From Amoebophrya sp. A120 (taxonomy: Eukaryota; Protista; Dinoflagellata): 64,000 nt of DNA. The notes beneath the pieces are model-generated. The model saw only the letters and a list, made by a program, of their open reading frames with translations. It searched no databases and was not told where the DNA came from. Positions 12,101 to 24,871 of the stretch are shown here, one piece after another. How positions within the stretch are numbered: the first letter of the stretch is position 1; each line of letters begins with the position of its first letter. The stretch spans positions 592,116 to 656,115 of the forward strand of contig CAJINV010000014.1 in NCBI GenBank assembly GCA_905178155.1, given 5' to 3'. The position numbers and the translations under genes are program-made.

Positions 12101-14094
12101 CTTCAGCACTTGTTGCGGCTCTTGCCTGATTCGCAACCCTCCACCTACGCTGCTGCTTGCGCCAGAGGAGCGCCCAGAAACGTCGTGCCCGGTGCTCGCA
12201 GCTCCTGCTGTGCTGGCCCCTTGGAGCTGCATCTCCGGAGCCGGCAGCACGGGCTCAAGCAGGTCCGGGAACTCATTGCTCGGTAGGTCGAGGTGTACTC
12301 GCAGGGCGTCGAAATAAACTACAATCTGGAAACTCATCAAGTATGCGTCGCAAATATGTCTGGGTCGCCGCCGCCGGGAAGAGTGCAGGGTCTGTCATGC
12401 TTCCTGGATGACAAAGACAACACGAAAGAAAGACCTCTCACGCCTATGGCGATACAGTTCCTTTTTTTGTCATGCAAAAATGAAATTTGTCGTAGATGCA
12501 GTTTAAGTTTTTAGGAAAGACATAGCAGCTCAAAATAAGGGTTTTATGTTATGATCATGCGTGGCTTCAAGAGGGAAGCTGCTTCTGCTTATTATCATGC
12601 ATACATCAAGTTTCGAGACCTGGACATATCTGCTTTACATATAAACCGCGCAAGGGCAATTTTCAACTCCGCGAACTTCTCAGGAAGACGCAACTTGCTC
12701 TGGATGATAGCGTACTCGGACTCCTTGCGACGAAACATAGCAATGACTTTTGGAGCGAATTTGGCCTGATGCGTCACAGCGATGTCTGGAAAAAGTGACC
12801 AGGCCTTGAAGCACTGCGAGACGACCTGAAACTCGCTGCAGCCGTACGCTTCTGTGCTTGCTTTCAATGCTCGTGTAAGGTCCGCGTCTGTGTCCTTAAA
12901 AGCAAGCTGCGCAGCGACGCGAGCCTTGTCAAACTCTGCGCGTTTTATTTGGACGGCAGTCCACAGCAGATACTGCTGGACTGCGAATACCTCTGGCATT
13001 TCGGTTACCACACGCATTGTTTCCTGCGCATAGTGTGGCGCGCGAAGGAGACGCTCGCGCATGATCATCTGCTTCAAGTGCAACCACAGCAAATCGCGGA
13101 ACCCGGCAAACCTGCTATCTGCAGCCGGCATGGTTTGGCTGACGACCCTCTCAAAAAAAGAAATGAGAGGATCGTACAGGTTCGGGTAGCTGCCGCCAAA
13201 CCAGTGACCCACAACTGCACAGCCAAGTCTGTTCGACCGTTCCTCAGTCTCGCGCAGGTGGATCTTGGCCGCTTCATGGTGCTCCGCGTCTGTCCTCTTC
13301 CTTTTCATTAAAGCTTCTCGATCTTCGTCGCCGGCCGCATCGTCCTCACTGTCGCTCATAGCCGCGGACGACTCCTCTCCGTCCGTGCGACCAGTCGGGC
13401 GACGCCCCTCCTCGCCGCTCTGCAAAAGTGAAAGAGTCGCCGCGGCCGCCGTCGACTGCGACTCCGGCCCCTGCCGACGTTGCTGTTCCTGCTTCAGGTA
13501 TCCCATTCTTTGCGCGTCATTATTCGCCAGCCTGTCGTCTCGTTGCTTCGTGTGGGTAAACAGCTTCACCCTCTGCCATTCCATTTGTACCGTATGACAA
13601 TCAGCGAGCCTCCTAAACTTACCGAGGTCGAGCAGTGTGCCATCTGCATCGTTATTGTCGTTTTTTCCGGTGGTGCCCCCTGCCGACGTCGACCTCGACT
13701 CCAGTAAGGAGTTCGCGGACAATTGATTTGGGCTCTCGACGGAACTCTTCTTTGCTGCCTCCACTCCGATGTCTTTTTGGAGAGCAACATGCGATGCCCG
13801 CGGTTCTGTGGTTTGCGAAAACCACTGGCGCTTCTGCACTACTTCCATGCACACTGTAAGCATCCGCGGAAACTCCATGCGAAAGTCCATGAAGTTGAAA
13901 ACGTCTGGGTGCGTCATTCCGTCAGTCCATAATCCCTCGTTGCCTTCTGCACTAAAACCCTCCCAAACGCAATCACAGTGAAAAAGGCAGCCCCGCCCCC
14001 GAAAGTTGCAAAGTTGGCATTGTGCAAGGTCGAAGGGTTTCCTACAAGCAGATGCACATGAAGGGTTTCTTTCGAACACTTTGAAGATGCACAT
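9128..14094 (-). CDS. Multi-exon hypothetical protein (ORFs 12595-14094, 11894-12340, 10014-11852, probably 9128-9895)
   Basis: Excising introner 12342-12603 gives SRNLM|SFQIVV. Canonical intron 11856-11923 (GTAAGA...cgtAG) gives YTST|ILRDNS. There is a GTAAGC donor at 10046, but the last junction is unresolved. Confidence 0.65.
11856..11923 (-). other. Canonical 68-nt GT-AG intron
   Basis: Donor GTAAGA and acceptor cttcgtAG; phase-0 join restores the frame. Confidence 0.75.
12342..12603. mobile_element. Introner, family A-like, 7-bp duplication
   Basis: catcaag|TATgc...gcATA|catcaag; caaatatgtctgggtc subterminal motif; in-frame join. Confidence 0.85.
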
Positions 14095-14485
14095 GAAACT
14101 TGTTTCATTTTTACAAATTCAAATTTTTTTGCGAGTCGCTGCAATACCAGAGTTGTTTCAAGAATGAAAACTAGGGATCTACATGAGCACCACCACAGTG
14201 ACTTTGCCAAGTCCTGTGTTTCCTTCCCCTCGCTTTTTACAAGTACAAGCGCAACGCCTATGCGGACATCGGCAAAAAGTAAAAAACTAATCAAAAATCA
14301 CGCGTATGTGCTTATGCATATACGATTACGTCAGTCTGGTGGAGGTCCTTCTCCCCCATCATTGCCGGACACTTATCAAAGCAGGTAGCGGCTCACGTCT
14401 ACACAAAATGTGCTTACGGTTAGAAACTCCATCTAGTATATCCATTTTTATGCGAGTTCGCACAGCCTGGGTGTGGATTTGAGTT

Positions 14486-16507
14486 TCATCTTTGCTCGGG
14501 GAGTGCTACGGGCTCGTGTTTGCACATTCGCTTTGGTAAACGATAGTAAAGTACAGTTGCTGGATCTTCATCGCAGTAATGTCCATCGAATCGCTTGCCA
14601 GGCATCTTAGCCTCCCGGCGTCCGCACGCATATGGGCTACGTATGGATCCGTCGACCCTAGCACTTTCAATTCGTTGGGCTGTAGAAGCGTCAACATGCT
14701 CGAAATTGACGAAGTTGAAATAATCGTCTGCAATGTTACATGAAATGCTAGGCACAGAATGCCTGTCTTGCCTGGATTCCAGGTGAGGTAGGCAGATTGT
14801 AAGGCTGGCACTGCTTTTTACGGTTAGACAGAGATAGGGCATAACAAAAGCAGCCGTTTTGTTTCCATGGGCACGCACCTGGTACCGATTTCATGCCACC
14901 CAAATTATTTCACCTTTGTCGACTTCAAACCGGAAACAGCCATACGGGCGTCGGCGTCAATAGGAAGTTCGACGCCGCATTCAAGTGCTCGGCTATGGGG
15001 AGAAAAAAGTGCTGCAGCTATTACACATCAGTGTGCTGCAGACAAAGTAGCAAGACGCCAGAGATTCTCTGTAATTCCGGAAGTGGAAGTGCACATCAGG
15101 GGCGTACTATGTTCATACAAATCCATGCTATCAATGTTTTCTATTCAATAACCTGAACAGCTCTGCATTGCATTTGCAAGTTATTTCCGTCATTGTGTTG
15201 CCGAAATTCCAACAAATGATGTGTAAGTATAACATTTTTTTCTTGGAATATCGCCTGGAGGTGCTTCAGTACTGCGAACCCACTGCTCCACCTCTCTTTC
15301 ACATTCTGCCTTCAGTTCCCTCATTCTTTCCCACTGCTCCTGCTGCGCTTCCCGCGGATTGTGGGAATCTCGGATCGCTCCTTTCATCAGCGGCTTCCAC
15401 AAGTCCTTCTCGAAATCTACAACCCCCGCAGGAGTATGTACCTCGCCGGAATGTTCATCGTAGCTCTTTCGGCTTTCTTTATTTTTGATTTCGTCATCGA
15501 ACACTTTCTTTGCTACGGCTTTCAGCAATGTCATCAGTCCTGCGACTTCCGGATACGGCGAAGTCAGAGAATAGGTCTCGCCCCGACCCTTCTGGGCTTC
15601 GTCATGCAACCCCGTAGAGCCGCGCCCGCGCCGCAGCCGTTGTCGTTCCTCCATCGCCATCTTCCATTGCTGAGCCTGCTCAGGGTTCTTTTTGATAGCC
15701 TCCGGCACTGTTTATGGGTTGCAAATGTTGTCTGGGTTTGGTGACTTGCCATTGCCATTCTGAGTTGCGGACAAACTGCGATGACATGCCCGAATGCACG
15801 CACCTGTCAGCTGCGTGCATTCGCACTCCGAGTGAAGTCGTAGCCGAAAACGCTGCCGCAGAACACGCGGCGCGACGCTCGTTTTTCTCCGAGCGTGTCG
15901 CCGTCAATTTTTTCCACGTTCGTGCTAGTACTCACGCCCGTGCTATTTTGCACTTACACGGCGAGTGTCTTAAGGGGGTGGCAAGCTTTAAGCACCTGAA
16001 GCACGACTAGTAACTTAAAGACTTCTACTTAAATTTGATAGCTTTGGCATTCCCATGAATTCGTATGCGTAGCGCGCATTACAAAAAGAAAAACTGCGCT
16101 CTTCTTGCTGCATTATGAACGAAGTGCCACCCTATGGTTATCCGTTGGCCTGCATCAACTACTTACATGAACATGCAACATAAAAAATTCTGTGCGAAAG
16201 AGAAAAAATGCAAGACAGCACCCGATACCGCCACGACTCTTGTTTCCAAACCCAGACATATTTCATTTTGTGCAATCCATACTGTTTGGCCTAGTTCCTC
16301 GACGATGCCACGGAATGTTTGTCCGCTAGGCGCATGTTTGAAGACAATAGTGGTGGGGTTCGATTTCGAAGCCGGGGGGTTCGAATTGACTTCTTCAGCG
16401 ATAAGCCCCACGACTTTGTCGAGTAGCGCTTTTTTTTGCGCACGTAATTGCTGAGCGACGAACGTCGAAGCGAAGGAAAGTTCTATCGTACAGAAAAGCA
16501 CACACAT
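14486..16507 (-). CDS. Probable fragmented multi-exon hypothetical gene
   Basis: Protein-like ORFs at 16163-16507, 15190-15708 and 14486-14878; a family-A end (cccagacata...ccATA) at 16281; exon structure unresolved. Confidence 0.35.
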
Positions 16508-16826
16508 TCATAGACAAAAAATGAATTTGCGTCACGGTACTTACTCATGTTCTTGGCATAAAAACCTTTTGGATCTTCATTTGGGTTGTTCGGTGTGGAA
16601 AATTAAAATTTTATTTTTGGTGCACCATCCCTAGTAGCACTACAAGCTGAATTTTGCATAAAAGAAAGCCTCTCTTGTGGTCTCCACATTAGAACTTGTA
16701 ATATTCCATAAATATAAATTCATTTTGATTTCATACCATTACCGTAGCCATACGCATACCATAGGTAGTACAGCATTAGCATTACAAATTCGCTCTTCTC
16801 TTCTCTCACATGGGTGTGCTGCTATT

Positions 16827-19581
16827 CTATCGAATAAACTCCGACCAATCCTCATTCGGGTCAGCCTGCAACATGCCCGCACACTTGAAGAGCAACTTCG
16901 TATCGCCCGCGCCGAAAAAGCCAAGCAAGTTCGGATATGCATTGCAAATATGTCTCGGTCTGGAAGACGGAAAGATAAACCTCTATATATTATTCTCATG
17001 CTCGGCTAGCATGCACGGCATCCAAGAAAGACCCAGTGTTTCTGTCATGCGGAAACGCGGCAGTTTGTCGTTCAGAATGGACAACGAAAATCTTGCTATA
17101 GGTAGCAACTCAGAAAGAACTTTGAAGGTTGCAATGCTGGACTGTTAATTGCGGCGGCCTCATGTCATGATTCGCCAACCAGCAACATGACAGGTTTCGT
17201 CCAGACCGCCCAGGCATAGTTGCATTTGATATCGGGAAGCTGGATGCAATGTGAGGCTGCTCTGTAGTTATGGCGCTCAGCTGGTTGTCGTAACCCCAGT
17301 CCTGCGTTGCTTTCCTTTGCTGAAACTTTTCGAGGAGGCGACTCTCCAATATCCTAGGCGAAAACGTCACCACCCCATGGCTGTCATGCAATTCAAATTC
17401 TGCATGCTCAAATAAATCTTTCTCATACGGAGCCCGCCCATGGCAAGCGTTTTGCAGTCCTGGCGTTTTGGAATTATTTGCGACGCTCCTCCAATTATGA
17501 CCGTCATAGGATAGATTTGCGATGCTTCTGGACAAGTACACTACGGGGCTAGACCTGTCACGCGCAACAACCAAAGCCGGCCGAGTTGTCTAGCAGATTT
17601 CCCATCTCGACTATGGGGCGGGGACGTTTTTGCTCAGGATATCCAACGCTAGGTCCCCTAGTCCGTGCTTGTTGAGCCAAACGCTGTCGAATCTCCCAGA
17701 CGGCGTACTTGCTGCGCAGCTGTGGTCGTGGTCGGCCTGTCCGCGCGTAGAGGTTGAAGAGCACCAAAATTGCAAAACCCCCTCGGCAAACTCCCAGAGA
17801 TTATCGTCAGGAGTATTCTTGGACCAGCGTGGTGGAGCGGCAGTTTGCGATTGCGGAGTGTTCGTGCGACATTCTAGCTCTTTCACGAATTCTTTTTGTT
17901 TTGCCTCCCCGAGAGCGTCGATCCGCGAAATATGCATTGCAATCATGTAGAAGTCTGGGCCTGGAGAAATAATCAGATGAGCAGTGGCCGTTGTTGTATT
18001 TTCGTGTGTTTCTGAATGATCTGGCAGAAGTCCTGCATGAGCTACAAAAGCACCACCTCGACGGTTGTCATCTGCAGCAGGATGCAGCTTTATTGTTGAA
18101 GCGCAGCACGAATAAAGAGGATTTCGAGAATAACACGCAAAACCAAAAAGCGCATCTATTGAAATTTTCACACATGATCCGCACGGGCGTGCGCACGTGT
18201 CGCACAGAGTGTGTCATGCGTCGTCCACCACAGACACAGACTCAGCAGGAACACAATTTGACGTTTTTTTAGTCCAGACTCGTCCTGATATTTGCAATGC
18301 ATACGTCATAATTCCGACCATGTTCCGAAGCTCGCTTTCGTCCAGCGGCATGTTCCAGCTGTTTGCAATCCACCCCTCCCCTATGCATTGCAAAAGCGTC
18401 TGTATCTTCGCACACGTAGCATTACAATACAATTAATTACGAGTACAACTTGTATTTCTAAATTGAAATCCAAATCTATCTTCAGATCAGCAAATAAATA
18501 TCGAAGGAAAAAACTGTTTCACTGTGGCGATACTAAAAAATCACTGATTTTTTTTTGGTGTGAACTTGCAGAATTTTTTTAAAGTTAGTTTGCATGTTGC
18601 TCGTGAAGTGTCTATGTAGAAACTACATATGACGACTCTAGCTATCGGCTGCTTCAGCTATAGGTTAGTTAATCTAGTTAGGAAGGCAGAACGTAAGCTA
18701 ATTAAGTGCTATCCGGAGCGTCGGCTGAGGTAAGGGCGCTAGGCCGCATTCTGGCCCCAGGTGGGGCCAGAAGCGCGGTAAGCGAAGATGCAACACGTGG
18801 AACGCTGCTGCCGCCACTTTAGCTTTACGCTCTGCCTTCCTAACTAGTTAATGTAACTGAAGCAACCGATAGCTAGTTTCATATCTAACAATTTGCAATG
18901 CAAATAAAAAGGTCCACCAGATGCAGCGGCTCCGGGCAAGTCGAAAAATATTCAACTTTAACCCAAAAAAAAATCAGTGATTTTTCGAGATGACCACAGT
19001 GAAACAGTTTTTTCCTTCGATAATAAACAAATGGCATTTAGTATGTTGATTTAGCGTCCTTGAAATTGAAAAAGACACCTTTCTTCCGGGACTGCGTCGA
19101 TTAGTACGACTACGATGCTTTTGCACAGGATATCTACCAAGTTTCGACAATCTTGGACGCCAGACGGACTGACGGTGACCGGACGATGAACTCGCACTAT
19201 ACATTGACGATTGTACCTCGATGTCTGGAAAAGTGAAACAGTTTTTGTTTTTTGTCATGCATATTTCACATGACGAGCGTGATGCTTGTGATATGTTTTT
19301 GTCTGCCCAGGCACCATAGATTTTCCTAGTGTCTCGTCTCGATATCCTCGATGCCTACCACGCATGACAAATGCCGTCTCCGCCCAACAAAAACTGGACT
19401 TCTCTGGCCGCTCAAGGAATACAGAATTTTTTCGAATGCAAGAAAAGCTGCAACACCACAAATTAGTACACTCTTGCAGACCGAGATCGATATTTCCGAT
19501 GCATAGCAGCCTCTCGCTGAGCCGGATGATGGATTCGTGATCGTGTGGCAGCTTGCTGCTCTTGCTGGTCGACGCGGACAC
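16827..19581 (-). CDS. Multi-exon hypothetical protein (may continue the 20.5-24.4 kb gene)
   Basis: Introner removal gives NLVE|GWIANSWNMPLDESELRNMVGIMT|RIDALGEAK and SSFP|NLLGFFGAGDTKLLFKCAGMLQADPNEDWSEFIR*; two in-frame TAGs near 17590-17613 are unexplained. Confidence 0.5.
16936..17231. mobile_element. Introner, family A-like
   Basis: tcgga|TATgcattgcaaatatgtct...gcatttgATA|tcggg; in-frame join. Confidence 0.8.
17931..18303. mobile_element. Introner, degenerate
   Basis: cgaaa|TATgcattgcaa...ttgcaatgcATA|cgtca; 12-bp TIR, 3/5 duplication match. Confidence 0.7.
18499..19022. mobile_element. Nested family-C element inside introner 18382-19132
   Basis: ataaa|TATcgaaggaaaaactgtttcactgtgg...ccacagtgaaacagttttttccttcgATA|ataaa; ~60-bp imperfect TIR; same TIR family as 50196-50445. 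Confidence 0.9.
18638..18876. repeat. ~240-bp foldback (MITE-like) inside the family-C element
   Basis: Arms ctagctatcggctgcttcag...tagttaggaaggcaga and tctgccttcctaacta...ctgaagcaaccgatagctag; central 11-bp perfect stem at 18749-18772. Confidence 0.85.
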
Positions 19582-20508
19582 TGTGCAGGCCGATATTGTC
19601 TATCGAGTGGAAAACAAGCACACTCGTACCGTAGTACCAGACGAAAACAACTCAATCCACTGAGCTAGGAGCAAAAGGAACCATGCAGTCGCCCAACTAG
19701 TTTTCTGTTCTCACAACTCCTTCTACAACTGGTATTCAGTAGACAAAAACAGGAGTTTTCCGAGGTGGGCAATTATGTGTAGCCGAAAAATTTCTTGGTG
19801 TAACATGCAGCGCACCCACACTGTTTTTGTGCCGCATCAAATAATTCTAGTTACGCGTCAGGATCAAGAAGAGGGCAGCGCCGAGATGTGCTACGTTGCA
19901 GTCCGATGCTAGCAGCAAGAAATGCAAGACAAGTACCACGTACAGATTGAATGCTTCTGCTGGCTGTATATCTATAATATTGTTCTTGTTCTCCAGCATT
20001 GCCACTGATACAAGAAGATTAAGAGTATGAGAAACCCTTGGAATTGCTGGCGCGAGAACTTCTCTATGCAGAAGCTTCAGGTGAAGTCGAAGCAGCGTGG
20101 TCCCAACTACTTCCTACCGACCATGTATGCTTCTCTAGCACCGGTGGCGGAGGACGACGCAAGCGCGCAACAAGAAAAGTGAGGGCCTGAGACTTCTGCC
20201 CGCGGGTTGCCTAGACTATGCTGCGCCGCTGCGCTTGCGGCAAAAGCGATAAGCAGCAGGCAGCCGGCAGCTAAGTAGGATGGTTGCACTACACCAGTGC
20301 TGGTATCACTGATAATCTTAAACATCTTCTCATGGCCCCCGTGTTGCAGGAAGGAATAGAAGTCATAGCACCTGCTAGTTACATTGCCTCTCGTGAGGCA
20401 CCAGGACCTGACCCAAGCACAGCAGAGCTTCATCAATAAAGACGAACTATTTATTAAGCAAAGAACGAATAACTTCAATCATCGATAAAGGAGAAGCATA
20501 CTACCACC

Positions 20509-23500
20509 TCACGCCGTGGTATGTTGTTTCATGAGCTTTGTTTTTTTTCCTGCTGCGCAGCACAAAAAAGATATAGCGGTGGTATCTTCAGTATGGGTGT
20601 GCCTGCTTGTTTGTATCACAAGAAAAAGAATTAACGTTAGCGGACTTTCATTTTGGCTTGCAGTAATGTTGCATGCAAGAAAAAACTGACTGAAATCATT
20701 TGCCATCTTACTTGCATAAACATACGTGCTAGGCCTCGGTACGGTCTCGGTTCGTCGTGCATGACCTCAATCTGTGAAAACCGCTAACACCAACACTTTT
20801 CTGGTTGATACTTTGTAGCGTAATATTAGGATCCCGCAAAATCAGCTCCAGGAGGCTGTTATGCATTGCAAAAATGTCATCCAGGTCTGAAAGGAGACAG
20901 ACTTGTCATGGATTCTGTGCGACTACCTAGAGCTGCCTCCTTCTCTTTGGCAAAGCCAAGAGCCAGACCACGCGTCTCAGCCAAGCCAAGACCACGTTGC
21001 TCATGAAGCCAGGAGAGGCATTGCTGCGTCGCGCATTACCCCAGACGTCATGGAGCCAGGTCCTCGACCACCAAAACCTACATGACAAACTTCTGCATCC
21101 ATCCAGACCCGAAGTTATTTGCGCGACTTGATAGTTTTTCTGGCGCAATGCCGCATTCGCGTCTACATTAGCGAGAGAGTTTTTGTGGAAGCATATAGTT
21201 TCGTCAGGGGGGGAAATCGACAACCTAGAATAAATGCCTTACGCCACATGCTAATATGTATTGCATGGCGCTATAATGCTAGTGCTATGCGCAAAGTCTT
21301 GATTTTGCGTCGGAGGCCGCGGCAACTGAGCCTGGTCAGAGCTCCTTGTGGAAGAAGTAGCTGAGGAGCATAAAATGCTCAGCTCTGACTGAAGACGAGC
21401 ATGACAAAATCAATCTCAAGGCTCGCAGAGTCTTGTTCCACACACAGCAGACGCCGACTTAGATGAAACTGTGAATCTTCCATGAGTACGACATCATATC
21501 TCTGAAGCATGCCATGAGGAATTATGTCTCTTTTGTCCATTTCCCAAACGCCAGCTCCATAAGCCATGCGGACAAGTCAGACAAAAAAGAGGAGCCATCC
21601 AATTTTATCATGAGTAAAAGCGTACCCCACCACGGCCACCCAGTCTTTGTAGGGGCATAGTCCCCAGGTCCAGCAGAACCAAGGGAAATGCCTCACTCCA
21701 CGGCAGCTCCACATAGAAGCCATTTTATTTTTAGTCTCGTGTTGAAGGACATTTATTTTTATTGTCATGTCGAAATGCAATCAGCAGGATAAGAGAGCTA
21801 ATTTGTGATGGCAAAACATCGACAAGTACTTCCCCTTCCGCAGCCCCTAACAGTAACACTGTAGCTCCACCTTTGTGCATTACTTCTGCTGAAGCCAGCC
21901 GAAGCCTCCGTGGGCACTGGAACGGCACAGGGTCTGAAGTGCGAAAAACATGATAATCACGACGAGCATCTCTACTTTAGTATACTCGGGGGGCTGCAAT
22001 AAAGTGGATTTTGCGACGCGGACGCAATAGCTGTAATCTTCGCGACTTCTATTCCATACATTGCTGTAGTATGCTCGTGTCATGCGGGGTTCGCAATCGG
22101 AATCGGATTCGCAAAACAAAAGCAAAAACTCTGCATTTGCATTATCTTTTTAGGACGCACCTTGACTGCGGGTGAACGGTGGAGAGGTAGTTTTTCCAAA
22201 TGATACACCCAGCTGCAGTTTTAGAAAAGGGATTTGTCGTCCGGCAACTTGCAGCGTTCGTTTCTTCTTCGCCATTACGCTCGCACCAGAACTTTGCCAC
22301 GAGAACGGAAAATTTGCCGAGATTGCTGTCTGGTGCGTCCTCCCACGAAAATGCAGTACTCTCTGCTGATGTTGATATGCCTCGCAAATACGTCTGGGTC
22401 GGGAAGTGTTCATCTCTATTTGTTTTTGCTTTTCATTTTTGTTTTTATCTAAATCTGTATTGCCTGAGCACCAGCAGAAGCTGCAGACTCATTTTTGATA
22501 CGCGGAAAGGGATTTTCCGCGTGCGGGACAGGTATCAACAAGAATAAACGCTATAGAAAATCTGTGATGCTGGGCCTGCGGCATAGTACATCGGAGACGT
22601 CATGGGTCATGCAAGACCAACGTGCATGGCAAATTGTTCTCCGGACAACATCCAGGGCGGGTATTTGCATTGGATAGTAGCTGATCCTGATGGAGCTGCT
22701 GGACAGTATGTTTCGGCAAAGGTTTGCGCGGATTTTGGAAATTTCTGCTCCATCTCCTGCAGGATGCCCTGCACTCGAAGGAATACCGATACGTTTGGAA
22801 GTACCTCAACACTGCTGGTCTTAATCCACGTCGACACCAACGCACTGCAACGGGACAGCGGGCCTGCGCCTTCCCCTCCACCAGCACCAGCATCCGAGGC
22901 CGAGCCTAGTCGCAATGACGAAGTACTATGATTCGGCCCAAGTTGCTGATAAGGAGTAGAAGCGCCAACTGGGTGGAAAGCGACGAGAGATTGGGGAGGT
23001 CCAGGTCCTGTAGCAGGCTGCAGTGATTCTTGCAAATCTTGATGTACTTGGGGTGCTCTAGTACTCTCCTCGCACGCGCCGCCGCAAGCTCCTCCACCCT
23101 GTGTTGTGCCTGCCGCCTGCGCCTCGTCTACTTTCGTCCGCTTCTGATGTTGCTCTTGTTCCTGCTGTAGAAGCGTCGAGGGCTCCGCGTCATGATTTTC
23201 TGCGACTTGTTCTACCGCTGAGGAAATGGCTCTGCCGTCACCAGTAGTCTCCTCCTCCGCGCCCCTTCCGTTGTTGTCGCTGCTCTCGAGGACGGCCGTG
23301 GTCGACGACGCGCTTTCGGCGGTTCGTTCCGAATTGTCTGAAGGAATTGCTTCCCGTCCTCCGTGTCCCCCGCCCCGGGACGAAGGGTCGCGTTCGTACG
23401 CTTGCTGCTCCAGCATGATTGTCGGAACTGCAGCACCCTGATCCGCGGACGCCGTCCTCGTGGTCGTCGTGGTCGTGCCGCCGACCACAAGGCTCTTGGC

Positions 23501-24386
23501 CGAGCGATACACCGTCTGCAGCAGGCTCACAGTGCTGTTGAAAATGTAGTGGTCCAGCTCGATCAGAGACTGCTGCAGGGTATCAAATGTAAAAATGTCT
23601 GGGTCTAAACTTGTGATGCTGTCTCTGGATACTGAAAAAATTTGTATTGCATGACCTTACATACCCCTCAACCACAGTCACCCCCTTGACGACCACTGCC
23701 TTTGGGCAGGACCTCGGGGGGATTGGGTCAAGCTCTAACCAGATTTGTATTGCATGACCAGCAAGAGGACTCCAGTTTGTGCGACGCGGACGAGAGGTCA
23801 TTTCTCATGCTGTAGAGGCATCACAAAGCGCTCTAAAAATCTGTGATGCTAAGGCATGCATGACAGACATCGTGGGTCATGGAAAATATGCATGACAAAT
23901 CTAGAAATCTTCCAGACCCAGACATTTTCACATTTGATACAGGGCGGCGCCGGGCACCTCGATGCGCGGAGGCGTGGTGCCAGTCCTCGTCGAGGAGGTG
24001 GCCGACGCCGTTGCCATGTTCTGCTTCTTCTTTTTCTTGGCGCCGGCAACGCCCACGATACTAGGGAGCCAGGAAGAAGTTGATGAAGTAGAGAGTGAAT
24101 GCCAGCCGATCGTCGAGGAAGACGACAGAAGCAGCAGCAGATGCCTGCTCGGCCTGGTGCTTCTGCGCCCATCAACCACGTTACGACCACAGGGCCGTGG
24201 GGGCATCTTCGTGTTGACGTTGAGCAGCAACATCTTCGCGCCAGTACAACTAGCAGCACCTACAACACGCGCACCCCCAGCTCCCGTAACTTTGATGCTC
24301 CCTACACAGCCACTGGCGCGCCTGCTCGTTGTAGTTAATTCTGCAGCCGGCCGCGGGTGGATTCTGCGCGAACTGTCCGTATGCAC
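20509..24386 (-). CDS. Multi-exon hypothetical low-complexity protein
   Basis: In-frame joins after introner removal: EVPGAAL|QQSLIELDHYIFNSTVSLLQ, RQKN|LLELILRDPNITLQ and LQ|RSRHTHTED; the middle exons and both ends are uncertain. Confidence 0.55.
20614..20810. mobile_element. Introner
   Basis: gtttg|TATca...ttgATA|ctttg; in-frame join. Confidence 0.65.
20860..21133. mobile_element. Introner, family A-like
   Basis: gctgt|TATgcattgcaaaaatgtc...ccagaccc...ttgATA|gtttt; in-frame join. Confidence 0.7.
22371..22679. mobile_element. Introner, family A, degenerate; boundaries approximate
   Basis: caaatacgtctgggtc at the left end and tatttgcattggata at the right; internal sequence resembles 23581-23939. 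Confidence 0.6.
23581..23939. mobile_element. Introner, family A
   Basis: caggg|TATcaaatgtaaaaatgtctgggtct...agacccagacattttcacatttgATA|caggg; in-frame join. Confidence 0.92.
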
Positions 24387-24469
24387 TGAAGATGCGTCTG
24401 CTCGCGAACCGTGCCACTGTTCTTCAGTTCGAGTGCTAGGCTCCGAACCAGTTGTCGTTGTCGAGCAAT

Positions 24470-24655
24470 GTAGATATATTTTTTTTTGGTTTTTTCTTTT
24501 TTTTTCGGTTGAGTGCTTTTTTTTGGTTTTTTCTTTTTTTCGGTGGAAGTGCAGTATGATGTAGATTATTTTTTTTTTGGTTTTTTCTTTTTCTTCCGGT
24601 TGAGTGTCTTTTTTTGTTTTTTTCTTTTTTTTCGGTGGAAGTGCAATTTATTTTT
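24470..24655. repeat. T-rich tandem repeat with a higher-order duplication
   Basis: Four units of ttttt(g)gttttttctttttttcggt ending alternately in tgagtg and ggaagtgca. Confidence 0.8.
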
Positions 24656-24871
24656 TGTTGAAAAGCGAAGTTATATAATATACGTGTACCGCTACCGTAG
24701 TGCCGCTTAAATCAAAAAAAATCTGTCGCCTTTTGTTTTCGTAATTGTAAATTTATAAAAATGCAGTTGTAATTGTAAAGTAAATTCAAATGCTCAGATC
24801 GAATTGGCTCCGTTCTCGTTGTGCGTAGTACTTTTGTCAGCCAATCAAGAGTGTATGTGCAAGCGATTTAC

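Larger units (their letters stand above)
18382..19132. mobile_element. Introner, family B, hosting nested elements
   Basis: tcccc|TATgcattgcaaaag...cttttgcacaggATA|tctac; 3/5 duplication match; flanking exons join in an open frame. Confidence 0.65.
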
